A DNA stretch of 64,000 nt from Paramecium tetraurelia (Eukaryota), in NCBI GenBank assembly GCA_000165425.1, contig CT868452.1, positions 62,001 to 126,000 on the forward strand. The letters run 5' to 3'. The notes beneath the pieces are model-generated. The model made no database searches. It saw only the letters and a program-made list of their open reading frames with translations, and was not told the origin of the DNA. A program made the translations under genes and the position numbers. Below are positions 13,210-25,857 of this stretch, piece by piece. Each line of letters begins with the position of its first letter. Position 1 is the stretch's first letter.

Positions 13210-16200
13210 ATGTCTTTATCAAATTAGATATTTAGTTTATTACGAACACAAGAGACATACAAGTAAATAAAACAGTATGTAGAATTGGTGAACAAGAAAG
13301 ATTAGTAATATCTGGCATAATTTTTAGGTCTGTCTATTAACCAATCTGTGATGCTATTGTTTAGGCTCTCAAGAATAAAGAACCTGTTTTGAATTTAATG
13401 GCTACAAGATTGGGTAAGGAAGCAGTGGATCAACATAATGTGGAGTTCAATACAATGTTTACAGAAATATGTTTACCCTATTATGAAAAGATCGCTGAGT
13501 ATAAGAAGGATGATCTAAGTGATGATAGAGGAAAGTCATATTTCTCAGAAACTCCGGATAAAAATCAATCATAATACGGAAATAGCTTTTTGAGACTTAT
13601 TCTCGAGAGCATAGAGGCTTGGGCTAAAATTTACACATGTAAGAGTGATTAAGTGACAATATCTCCTTTTTTTCTGGCATATGCAAGACTAGTGGTGAAG
13701 AGAGTCAAATTTCCCGAGGTTTTCAAATATTACAAGCAGGAAGAAGTGGATAAGAATACATCTGCCACTTTTAAGACACATTCCAAAAATATAGCATAGG
13801 TCTTGGAGGAGAGTAAATTACCAAAGCCAGTTCAATAGATTTAACAACAGGATCCACAATTTAGATAGAATCAACAACCAATTTAAACAGAAAAAGTGCA
13901 GAAACCCCCTTATACTCCTGGATCTGGTCCTGTAAGTGAAATCTAAAGGGAAATTAACTAGAGTGCGCAATTGTTGATTAATTAGTATAGCCAATTGAAA
14001 GCTGAATTAACGGAGAAGGCCTTAAGCTTAGGCTTTAAGGCTACAAGTCAGTACATTAAGGACTTGAAGGAAGTCAACTAGAGCTTGTTTCTTCTGAAGG
14101 AAAAGATCGATAACAAAGTTGAAGAACTCTTAAGTTAGGATGACGAAGATAGTTCTTTGGAACTGTTGAATGTTTAGGATGAGATAAAGATTCTCTATTA
14201 ATACTATCAAAAGCTATAAAAGGAGGAGTTGACTCCACAACAATACAAAAATAAATTCGAGGTATACAAACAATAAGCTCCCAGATAACAGAAAGGCCAT
14301 TTGCAATCTATCTATGAAGAGACTGAGAATTCTTAGTCATCAATGCAATTCGGTAAAGTTGATAAGAAGTTTGCTCCAAATACCAACATTGACAGTCTTG
14401 GTTTGCAGTATAATCCTGAGTAAATTATGCATGATTTTCAAATCCAGTTAAGTGGTATAACAGAGCAACACGAGAGAGAAAAATTAAGGATCCAATAGGA
14501 ACATTAGTAGGAGGTATCAAGTCTGAAAAAGCAAATACAAGAGTCAAATTAGATTAGGAACATGTTGGATAATCAAGTGTAGGAGTTCAAAAAAAAGGAG
14601 AATAGATACAAAGAAATTGAGTAGCAGTATATAGACAGTCAAAAGCAGAAAAATAATTCATCTTAATCATCATCAGATGATGTCAAAAGAATCAATACTA
14701 CATTGACTGATTAAATAAAGGCATTGAAATTATAAAATGAATAAATGTAGAGTTAAAAGGAAAAAGATAGGAATGATATAGATAAAATGAGAATTCACAT
14801 AGCAGAATTAAAGGAGGAAAATGAATTTTATAAAGACGAAATAAAAAATCTAAAGTAATAACTGAATACGGAGAAAAATCAAGGGAACTAAAGATTACAA
14901 TAATTGGAGGAAAGTCATAAATAAGAGATTAGATAACTACAAGAGTAGATGAAATTCTCTCCTTATCTTGATAATCATAATCTCGACAAAACTCCAAGTA
15001 GGGAAATTTCTGATCTTTAGAAAAGATTAGAAAATGAGAAGTCTAGATCTGCAAATTTAATACAAGATGTTAGTCATAAAAGTGAACAAATTAAAATCTT
15101 AGAGTAGGAGTTGAAAGCTAAATAACTAGAATTAGAATAATCAAAAGCTGAATAAAATGTTTAGAATACTGCATTGAACATTTAAATCTAATAGAAACAT
15201 TAAGCAGAAATCCAAAATTATAAACAATAATATTTATCATTAGAAACATCGAAGAAGATTGAAGAAAATTCATATAAAGAGAAACTGAATCTCCTTGAAT
15301 AGAAGTTAAAAATCTAATTTAGTGAGAATGAGAACCTGAGAAATGAAACTTAATTCCTTAAGAACAAGGTCTAAGAATTAAATCAACATTTATAATTCGA
15401 GAAAACATAATAAAAGACTGAACAGATTTAAATTGAACCTCAATAACCATTACTTAATAATAAACTTGATTTGTCGAAGATCAAAGAGAGTGGTTTTGAG
15501 TATGTGTAAGTCTAGTCCCCTTAGTCAATTTCAAGCAAATAAAATTATTCTTAAGTTGTTAATACAGCAAACCAAAATAAACTAGAGAGACCTTAATCTA
15601 ATGTTCCCTATTCTGGCTATCTAAACTTTTAAAATTTACAGATTGAGTTTGTTGACAATGTTAAGAATTTATTCATAAGAACCTAATAGATTAAGGTGCC
15701 AGTGCAAAATGAAATGATATACCCATATCTTACAGCAGAAGAATACTATTAGAAGAAGATTCGTCCCCATAAAGGGATTGTTTTATAATGCAAAAGGACC
15801 ATACCTAGTATGATTATTAATCAATAAAATTTGCAATTATACAAAATGTACCATTTGAATAGAGTCAATAATACTATTTTTGTTGATAATTCAGAACTTA
15901 AAATCGCAGTCATAAAATAAATACAAAAAGTCGGGTCTCAGTTTTATATTAATTATGGTATATATTTCAAAACAGACGTACAGAGTTTGAATTTAAAGGC
16001 ATATATGAAAAACTTGATGAACTTTGAAACCTTATGGACATCACAGCAAGAAATTTAATAAAATTTATAGAGAAAACAACAATTGCTCTTGGAAGTAAGT
16101 ATTAAATTACAACAATCAGAAATCTCTGAAGTGCCAATATTGGAAGTCAATTATAAGTAATAATATATGATATTTATAATTTAGTAATAAGATCTAATAA

Positions 16201-16587
16201 GTTTTATTGCCTTTACAAATTCTAAGTTTGATTCAATACCGCAAAATTAGTAAAATTGGATATCAAAGAAAGTGGAAGACTGCCAAGATATACAGATCGG
16301 AAGTGTTTGAATACAATACATTAATATTGTCTAATCATCTAGATATCACTAGGTTAAATGAATGTTTTTCTATCACAAATCCAGAAAAGTTAGATAGTTA
16401 TGCCCAAGGTTTGGATGAAATTAAATATTTTGCTCAGTTTTAATTGTAATTTTACAATTTAGAGGGAATCATAAAATTTGAATTGATGCCGAATCAAAAA
16501 ATGATTATCTTTGTAGGTCTAGAGAATTCTAAACAAAGTGCGTAGATTTAGAGATTGATAAGTGTATTTTAGGAAATTTTTACCTGA
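13210..16587 (+). CDS. VHS-GAT-coiled-coil protein with alpha-adaptin-like C-terminal appendage
   Basis: ~1100 aa ORF with 2 tiny introns; VHS-like AIVQALKNKEPVLNLMATRL...LILESIEAWAK...YARLVVKRVKFP; GAT-like DDEDSSLELLNVQDEIKILYQYY; appendage-like C-terminus. Confidence 0.7.
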
Positions 16588-16699
16588 TTTCCATAACATT
16601 AAATTAAAAAATATATGATTAATTATTGAATTTATTCTAATCAACTAAATAAAAGGCGATTATAATATATTTATAATCGATTACAATATAACTAGTAAA

Positions 16700-17431
16700 A
16701 TGCTATAAATTGGAAACTATGTTATAAATACAAAAGAATCAAAGTCGATTTCAAATGGGAGTGCCAGAATCGATTCATCGCAATCGTATGTAATTCATAA
16801 CATTGATAATACAAAATTGTATTATTACAATGTATTTACAATAGTTAGAATCCCGTTTTTAGGATGGCTCCATTAGAAAACTTTCAGAGTGTGAGTGAAA
16901 ATAAATATTCACATATCTTCAGCTCCTTTGAATAGTCTCCAAGACAAGAAGATCAATAACACCAAAACTAGTAAGGAAATAAGTAAATAATTAAAAAGAG
17001 AGCATTTTCCTTTACAGAACATGAAACCACAAAAAACGAGCATAGATGCAATACATCAGGAGATTTGAGAACCAAGAAGTCATATGTTGTTTTTACAACA
17101 AGAGTTTTGGAATGCAAAAGAAAGGAATAAGATAAATAGTTGAATGCCGAAACGCCAAAACTCGGAAAAGATTAGTTATAGGATTCACGATTGACTGTGA
17201 AATAGAAAATGGATTATTCACAACCTTCATCTCCAAGAATTCAGGATTTCAAGTTGAATGATAATGCTAGTTTAGAAGCTAAACAAACACAAACAACAGC
17301 TTGGGGTTCAATCACAAGTAAGAGCGAGTTGGATTAAATTTTGAAAGATTGCTTGTAGAATTTTGAAAAGAATAAAGCCTAAAGATCTGATGAATATGTA
17401 GCTTGTTTTCTATTTTGATACATAGATATGA
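16700..17431 (+). CDS. hypothetical low-complexity protein
   Basis: MLQIGNYVINTKESKSIS...; S/P/K-rich frames split by short introns; end approximate. Confidence 0.5.
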
Positions 17432-17458
17432 ATATATATATTGATATTTAACACATAA

Positions 17459-19156
17459 TCATTTGTTGTCGAATTAATGTTCAGTTGAGTCTTCGCCTGA
17501 AGATATCAATGTACTTTGATTAACAATAGTCATAACATGATCTATTATTTCAGCTCCAGACCATCTAAATGAGCATATAATTAAGATTACTTTTGATGTC
17601 TCAATTAATCAACATTATGTTTCTCTTCCTTTCTTTAAATATCCTCAACATAGGCCAGCATATATCTCTCGGATAAATCTTTAGAGAATCTTTCACTTTG
17701 TAATGCATTTAAATGAAATCCTGCCAATGTAATAAACTAAATAAATAGCATTGAATATCAATACTTGCCAAGTATACCCTAACTTCCCTAATTCAGAATT
17801 AAAGTTTTTGAGTTCACTGTCTGAGAATCCGAATTTACTCCAATTAAAACTTGGAGAACAATTATAGCAAAGGACCTTATTATGCTAAAGTTCAAATTGT
17901 AATTCATCAGAGAGTTCCTTGGCAACTTTCAAATCAGGTGTTGAGGTTTCCATCCACAAAGCATCTGCGTATTTTAAATATTCCTATTATAGATAATTAT
18001 AATATACTTTAGCTCTTATTGCACAATAATGAACACTACTCTTAAGAGCATAGAACCCATCAGGATTTCTACATTACTCCCAATCGAATTCAAGTTCAAA
18101 TCCTAATCTCTTTGCTAAGTCCTTAGCTTTTTTGATTCCTCCAATTTCACATTGGTTCAACCATTAATTAGTGGCTTATATTCTCTTATCTTTATCGATC
18201 ATTTGTTCGATTATAAAAACTCCTGCTTCTGGATAAGTGCAAGGTCTATCATGAAACTTTGTTACTCCAAGAATGTATGGTTAATCAATCAAATCTACAT
18301 TTGTTTCTATGAATCGTGCACCTAAGGCATCAGTTCTTGCAATAATAAATAATTCATTTCCCATGATATCAGCTTAAAGTCTACAGGCTATGAGCTTTTA
18401 GACATGAGTGTTAGTAGATGTTACAACTCTTCCAGCCATATGGCCGCATTTCTTCAAATCAGGTCTTTAATCCTCCAAATGAATCCCTGCAGCTCCAGAT
18501 TCAATAAATAATTTTGTCAATTTCATTACACTGCTTGTACCACCAAATCCTGCATCTGCATCACAAATGACAGGAACTAGATAATCATAAGGTTTTTTTT
18601 ATTTTCGTTATTCAGCAGTAATTAGGCTTCTTTCATATTACTATCTTCTGTCTTAAAATCTTTGCATCTACCATCAATTTTATGATTACTTTGACTAACT
18701 AATCACATTTTTTAGGCACAGTGTCATATGGATAATCAGCAAAATCAGGTCCTGGGTCATTCGTTGTAGAAGCTGAAGAAGAACATTGCCAACCTGATAC
18801 ATATATTGATGTCATGTATTTCGACATATTAATAACCTAAACAGTATCTAGAGCTCCACATGCAAGTGAGAATCTATTATCATAATTATTGAATACCCTT
18901 TGCTTTTTTTTAAATCCATCATGAGTTTATAGAATTTCCTTGCCATGAAATCAGAGAATTGGTTAGGCACAATCTATCCTCTTACTTCAGCAACCTATTT
19001 AGCTGTGTATGGACGCAGGACATTATTGAAACGCGGACTCTTGAACCAACTATTTGATGAGATTATAATGGATGATTACTTATCCAATTCAATTATCTAC
19101 TACTGCAACATCTACTCTTCATCATATTGTCCACTCAATTAGGATAATCTATTCAT
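17459..19156 (-). CDS. ICL: isocitrate lyase
   Basis: [46 protein letters not shown] catalytic motif, [18 protein letters not shown], ends STEHQFDNK*. Confidence 0.97.
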
Positions 19157-20611
19157 AAATTAAAAATTATTTAGATATAAACTATATGGTAATTGGGAAA
19201 TTTTATAAGAATCAAATTATAAGTATATTCCATTATTAAATTTCATTTATGCAAAGATATCAGAATTATATTATTACTATGATTATAAAATAAGCATTCA
19301 TAAGATTTTATACTATTTTAAAGTATTTGTGAGCAAAATTTAAAGGAAATCTTCATTACTACATTGATTCTATTAAAATTTAGACCAAATTTTAATTACA
19401 ATGCAGTCTCTTAATAGTTTTGTCTCAGAAAACGCTATTTTAGTTAAACGAACAAAAGATGCATAAGAAAAATGCTCGATAGAATCATTTGGCCTTTTGT
19501 AAATCGCATTGAATAATATTTTATATATTCCTTGAATTATAAGATGTCAACATTAAAATAGTTGTGTAATTACAAGATAGATTGTTGAAAAATTCATTAT
19601 AATCTAACAAAACATTAAGTTCATTATCCTATTTCTTACGAATATCATGAATCGATTTACAAAATCTTGATCATCAATTTTAAAAGCAAATAATATTCTT
19701 AACAATTATGATTAACGCAAGGAGGTTAATAATAATAATTTAAATATGTTCTTACAATTTGGCTGTATTTTTTAGACTCAAAATTCTTATATAGGTCTTT
19801 TAGTTGTGATAGAAAACTCTTGAATTAAAAAAAATTTTTAATTCTTATATCAAACATCATTATCATCCTTTTTGACTCATAGGACAACTAATTATCAAAA
19901 TAATATTGTAATAATGAGCCATATTCTTTATTTCCCACTTCTATATTGATCTATAAGTTTGTGCTGGTCATGAAATTTTATGAATATGATGAATCTCAAT
20001 AATTAATAACAAAGAAGAAAATATATTCAGACAAACAAATGGTTAGAAATAAAGCACCTAAAGTACAATGGTGCATGACTCAAAGCTAAAATTAGTTATT
20101 TCAGTAATGGAAATCATAAGGATAAATATATTTGTAATAATTACAAAAATAGCATCAGTGATCATTCATAAATGAATTTTGGCTTTAGTTTCGCCGATAC
20201 GTAATACTTTAGTTCCATTTATATAGACTATTCGATCTGTATTCTTTTCTTAATTCCTTTAAATATTCTTTTTGTCCTTTCTCTTTCTTTGATGCAGAAC
20301 AACCCATTAATACTTTACAAAAAATATAAATATACACATAAATACTTCAAAATTACGCTTATATTTTAACATTTAGTTATTTATTGTTTAATTTTATATA
20401 TGATGTATAAACTAAACAAATCTTGTTTTTGATTTTAGTATATATGTTTAGATTTAAGGTTTTTATAAATTCAGAGAGTGGAAAAGGGTACACATGTTGG
20501 ATAATGAAGGATAGAGGTTTTTATTGGTCTGATTAGATTAATGTGATTGATTATTTAAAAATTTTTTGCGTATGAGCTAAAAATTATTTAAATTATTTCT
20601 CATATCACAAA

Positions 20612-22151
20612 ATGAATATTGCCGAGAGACTACAGAAGGAAGCCGAAAAGAAAAGAGTGCAATAGGAAGAATAGTTGAAAGTAGGCAATAAGGCCATCAA
20701 GGAAAAATATGAAGCGGAATATTAGGAAAACAAAAATAAATTGAGTTAGGAAATCAAACAGGACATTAAATTAATCTCTCAATAATATCCTAGTTTCTAA
20801 GTAAATTCAATTTACCATTAAAAAGAAATTTGCTTTGTACAAAATTTATAAGCAGTTCGATTTCAATAGAGAGATTGCAAATGAATTCATTAGCATTTAA
20901 ATCTAAAATCAAAATTAATAAGACAATGGTGACGATGATTGGATTGAAATAACTAGCAAAAGGAAAGCACTCTTTCATAAGATGACCAAATCAAGTGAAA
21001 ATAATCAGAGGCCAAAGAGATCCTAATCTGTGACTAATAAACAAGAATCGGAAAATATTCAATAAAGACAATCTCATTAATATGAAAATAATTAAAGAAC
21101 TTAAAGAAGAAATGCCTCAGGGGATCGAAAGAGAGAAATTTCTCCAAAAAAATTCAACTATCAAAATAGGAAATAAGAAAAATTTGATAATGACAGATAC
21201 AACATCAAATCAGAAGGGCGCAGAAATTAATAAGGGAATTAAAAAAACAATACACCATTTCAAAATACGTATTAACCTAAATATATCTATGTACCAAAAT
21301 ACTAAGAAGATGATGATTGTCCATATGTGCCTAAATCAGTCATATATTAGACTTAAAATTAAAATTAATCCGTTCATCACCAGAAATAACAAGAATAATA
21401 TAAAATAAATGGGAATAATGAAAATGCAGAAAAAAGTAATTAATAATCTATTGGAGATCAATCTAAACAAGATAGATCTGCATAAAAATTAAATTAAAAT
21501 TAAGAGGCTCTGACACAAGAGAAAATTAAATAAGATTAGCTTAAGTAATAATAATAATAAGAACAATTAAGACAAGAATAATTAAAATAAGAATAGATAA
21601 AGTAGGAATAAATTAGATAAGAATAACTAAGATAAGAATAGATTAGATAGGAATAAATTAAGTAAGAATAAATTAGATAAGATCAAATAAAGTAAGAAAA
21701 GTTTAGATAAGAATAATTAAAATAAGAGTAAATTAGATAAGAATAATTAAGATAGGAATAACTTAAATAAGAATAAATTAGATAAGAATAATTAAGATAA
21801 GAATAACTAAGATAGGAATAACTAAGATAAGAATAAATTAGATAAGAAGAAATCAGATAAGAATAGATTAGATAGGAATAGTTAAGATTATAAGAAATAA
21901 AATTAGATTAGCAATAAAAACAACAATAACAATTGTTAAATTAGCCATTATAATTCAATTATTAAAATTAATCTCTCTAACAAGATTTGTCCTAATCATA
22001 AACTAATAAATAACAGGTTATGAGTTCGATGTTTGCTCCTTAATTCTAGATAGCTCCTTAAGGATTTATGTAGTAGAATTAGGAACAATAAGGCATTAAC
22101 AATTAGCCTTCTGTCTATGATATGCTTATGAGTTATATTAATTATGAATGA
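20612..22151 (+). CDS. Gln-rich protein with pentapeptide repeat
   Basis: MNIAERLQKEAEKKRVQQEE...; continuous ciliate-code ORF ending DMLMSYINYE*. Confidence 0.7.
21560..21890 (+). repeat. 15-bp coding tandem repeat encoding QEQ(I/L)(R/K), ~20 copies
   Basis: Units such as taagaataaattaga / taggaataactaaga repeated head-to-tail. Confidence 0.9.
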
Positions 22152-22380
22152 GGTTAGATAATGATGATTTATTTAATTATACAAATTGATTCAAAAAGTT
22201 TTAAATTTATTAAATGAATGAAAAATATTAGAGGTTTCTAACATGTTATTTCCGATAAACAATTATCTGATAATATAAATTTAAAAGCAATGCAAACGAA
22301 ATAGAAATCTCATCAAATAATCTCCATCTTAATATGTTTATTAATAAATAAAATCATTCGACAAATATCTAATTTTTTCA

Positions 22381-22881
22381 ATGCAACCCATAAATTAGTT
22401 GCTTATCACAATAGCTAAAATTTTGGAAGAAATTTTAAAGGAAACAGATCAATTGAGTTTGTAAGAGGTATCCGTATTCCACGCTTCGAGAGCCCCATCT
22501 ATCTCAATTCAAAGTTATATTCAGAGAATTGCAAAATATACGAATTGCAACAGTGCTTGCTTTGTTCTTGCTTTGATATATCTAGATAAAGTGTAGGAAA
22601 TGCGCTAAGATGTAGTGCTTAATTCAAATTGCATACATAGGTATGAACTTGTAATATTGTGTTGATTTATGATAGTTTCTATAATGGTGGCAATAAAGTA
22701 TTATGACGATGAATATTATAAGAATGAATACTATGCAAAGGTGGGAGGCTTGTCATTAAAGGAGATAAATAAATTGGAGATGGAATTTTTAGATATGTTG
22801 AATTACGAATTATATATATAAAATGAAGTATTTGAAGTTTATGAAGAGAGATTGAAATAATATGAAGTCATAGAGATCTGA
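22381..22881 (+). CDS. PHO80-like (P/U-type) cyclin
   Basis: FHASRAPSISIQSYIQRIAKYTNC, LALIYLDK, AIKYYDDEYYKNEYYAKVGGLSLKEINKLEMEFL; start could be further upstream (22290). Confidence 0.9.
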
Positions 22882-22970
22882 TGAACTTTAGGATTTAATT
22901 GATGATTATATTGTTTATGATAATTTAGTAATAAAACACCAGAAGTCTGTTAATTTTAATATTTTATACT

Positions 22971-24669
22971 TCATTCTTTTTTTCCAATATGATTATTATA
23001 AATTACATTTAAGTTTTCTTAATTTGACATCTACACTAAATTATCATTCATATTGTTATCTGAAATATCTACACTTGGATAGGCTTCCATGAATCTACGA
23101 AATAATTTCATGAACTCAAATACCTCTATCTTATACCATCATCTTTGAGATAGACTCCTGGGAGTTGATTACCTAGAGTGATCCAATTTGGTCTACAATT
23201 ATGAGGTCTTCCAAATAATTCTACTTTTTTTCCATTTGGACACATTCTGTTTATAATACCATAAACTTCATCAGGTTTTCTGGAGGTTTCTCTAACTTCT
23301 GAGACAATGACATCACAATCTAATCCTTTAATTAATTGAGGATTTCCTTTGATTCCAATCAAACAGTGTTCCTATGAGATGAGATAATAATTTACTTTGC
23401 TATGATTAAGCCAATGTCCAGTTCTTCCTGTTCTGATAATACGATGTAATTGATTTACTTTAATCCAAACCAATTCTTCAACTCTTCTGTAACCCCATAG
23501 AATTAAGCACTCTCTTCCCAACTCCATAGCTCTACCTGTGACCCATAAGAAAATGATTCCATCATTCTGCAATAAATCTACTCTAAGTGCTTTCATTTCC
23601 TTGTCTTTTAAAGTTCCATAAGGTAAATTCATATGGATGTCCCAAGGTGGATCAGCCATAATAACATCAAATTTACCAAGGACTCTGAAATCAAAGATTC
23701 TCAAATCACAATTAATCCATTGAGGTGGCATACTCTTATGATTAGACAATGCTGTCTAAATTCTTTTTTGCCAATCAACATCATTTCCATCGAGAATGTA
23801 ATGTATGTATTTACATTATTCTTACTCAGGACATTAATCCAGATATGTACAATTACCTAATTTTGTTTATGTATTTGCTTTGAGTATCTTTCTAAAATGG
23901 GTTTTCTGACATTAAACATTTCTACATTTGTCTCTTGTGAAATTCTCACATATTTAAAGTCCTCTTTCTGTAAATTTTCTTTTTGCTTCTTCCTCATCGT
24001 AATTTTCAGTTTTCAATAAGGCTGCTCTTTTCCTTTCCAAAGCCAATTAAACAACATTATCTTCATATTTTAAACTAATGTTTCCTACATTTTCAATCAA
24101 TCTTTTTTTCTAAGCCGCAATCTTCGGCAATAAACTAACATTAGTTTTTTAATTTCTAGCTTCATCCAACAAGTGATCAATTTTTAGAAATGTTTATCCA
24201 CTTGTAATTGATCTGATTTCCTCCTTAATCCATTCTTCGACTGTAGGCATTTGCTTTGGTTTATCTTTTGAATATTAGATATTCATTTGTCCCAATTTCT
24301 CTTTTGAGATAGATAAAATGAAATCCTGCAAATATGTACCTACAGCGAGTTTCGATAAATTGATTGCTCCTGCCTCCGATAATTAAATTAGAATGGGTTC
24401 AATTTAGAGATTCCTCAGATATGGAGTACTTGTTTTAGTCTTAATTGAATGAATTAATGCAATACTAAAAATATTGTGTTTATGTAAGTGTATAATTCAC
24501 CACCTGATATAGGGTAATCAAATTAATCACTCAGCATAAATTCAATAACAACTGCTCTAAATTGCTCTTGATTAATAGGAGGAAACCTTAGCACTTCGTT
24601 CTTTTCTTTGTCTCTTGACCTAGAACGATTTGGATCTCCTTTTACCTTCTTATATTTATCTTTATTCAT
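22971..24669 (-). CDS. METTL3: MT-A70 family N6-adenine methyltransferase, METTL3/IME4 type
   Basis: Two CCCH-like fingers; [84 protein letters not shown]. Confidence 0.93.
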
Positions 24670-25367
24670 TAATAATTATATATAATTATATGCCCAGATT
24701 CTCAAATTTATTCTATATCCAAATGTAAGTCTGTGTTAAGTAATTGAAAACTAAGCACTCACAAGAAACATGAGGATTTGATTAGATGATCAATCTCTAT
24801 ATATTTAACATATATAAACAAGAATTAAAATCGCTTATTTCAGTCCAAAAATATCAATATAAACACTACTTGTTAACTTAAATTGTTTAACTTTTTCAGA
24901 CTGAAAAATGCGCTGATTAAATTTTTAGTTCTTTTAATCTCAATTTAATGTGTTGATGTAACTATTTCTTGTTCCACTTGATTTATAAGGATGGCTGAGA
25001 ATGGAAAAACGAATGCGCGTATAGCTAGAAAAACTCGTAACATTCATTTTAAAGAGAATTGTGAGAATCTCTATTTGGGGTGACCGAGAATTAAGGCATC
25101 TCAAAAGAGGAACATGAGTCAGTTGGTTATTTTTTGAAAATATATGAATTATCTGGAAATAATCATAGTTCAAAAATAATGGAAATACGTTGACAGTTAA
25201 AATTTGGAAATTGTCATTATTATAAACCAGAATATGAAGTAAAATAAAACATGGCTTCATCGGATTAATTAGATTTTGAGAGTGTTTTTGATTAAAAGTT
25301 TATGTATTATAATCAGTCGAAAAAGAGGTTTGCCGGATGAAGTGGCTCTCCTCTTCAATCATTGATT

Positions 25368-25806
25368 TCAATCAAGAGAATTAAGGAATTCTTCCAAATC
25401 CTTTGTGTCATCTACAAGAGAGTCTTCCTGTGAGAAGTTTTTTATCATTGGGTTTTGAGCGTCGGCCCTTAAAGTCTCTATAAAACTAAGATCCTCATCA
25501 GCCGAACAATCAGATCTTGCACTTTCTATTCTTTACAAGACTGGTTGCGATATCTTAATTGGTTTCAGAAGCCTCTACATCTGGATAATAATAAAATAAT
25601 TATAATGTTATTTTAATAATAATGATATTCTTTTTCACCTCACTTTTTCGGTAGTGAAATTTGTTTAAACCATATGAAATTTAACCATCCCGCAGAATGT
25701 CCCCTCCATAAAGACTTCCCGCCTTCTCTTAATCACTCCTGACTAAGTCTCCAGGATTACATAAAATTGTTGAAGTTCTTTAATTAGAATTTAGGGATGA
25801 ACTCAT
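25368..25806 (-). CDS. small hypothetical protein
   Basis: MSSSLNSNQRTSTILCNPG...; ends DTKDLEEFLNSLD*; intron structure uncertain. Confidence 0.55.
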
Positions 25807-25857
25807 TTTTTAATTTTAAATTTATGTATATTTTGAATATTATTTCTTAATTTTCAA

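Noticed and set aside
10207..19156. Catalase, desaturase and isocitrate lyase as a peroxisomal or metabolic gene cluster
   Set aside because: Mixed orientations, unrelated genes in between and no shared motif seen; proximity is compatible with chance
24700..25360. Slightly GC-richer gap with a 106-aa minus-strand ORF
   Set aside because: No motif, splice pattern or RNA structure could be supported; may be a UTR or gene remnant
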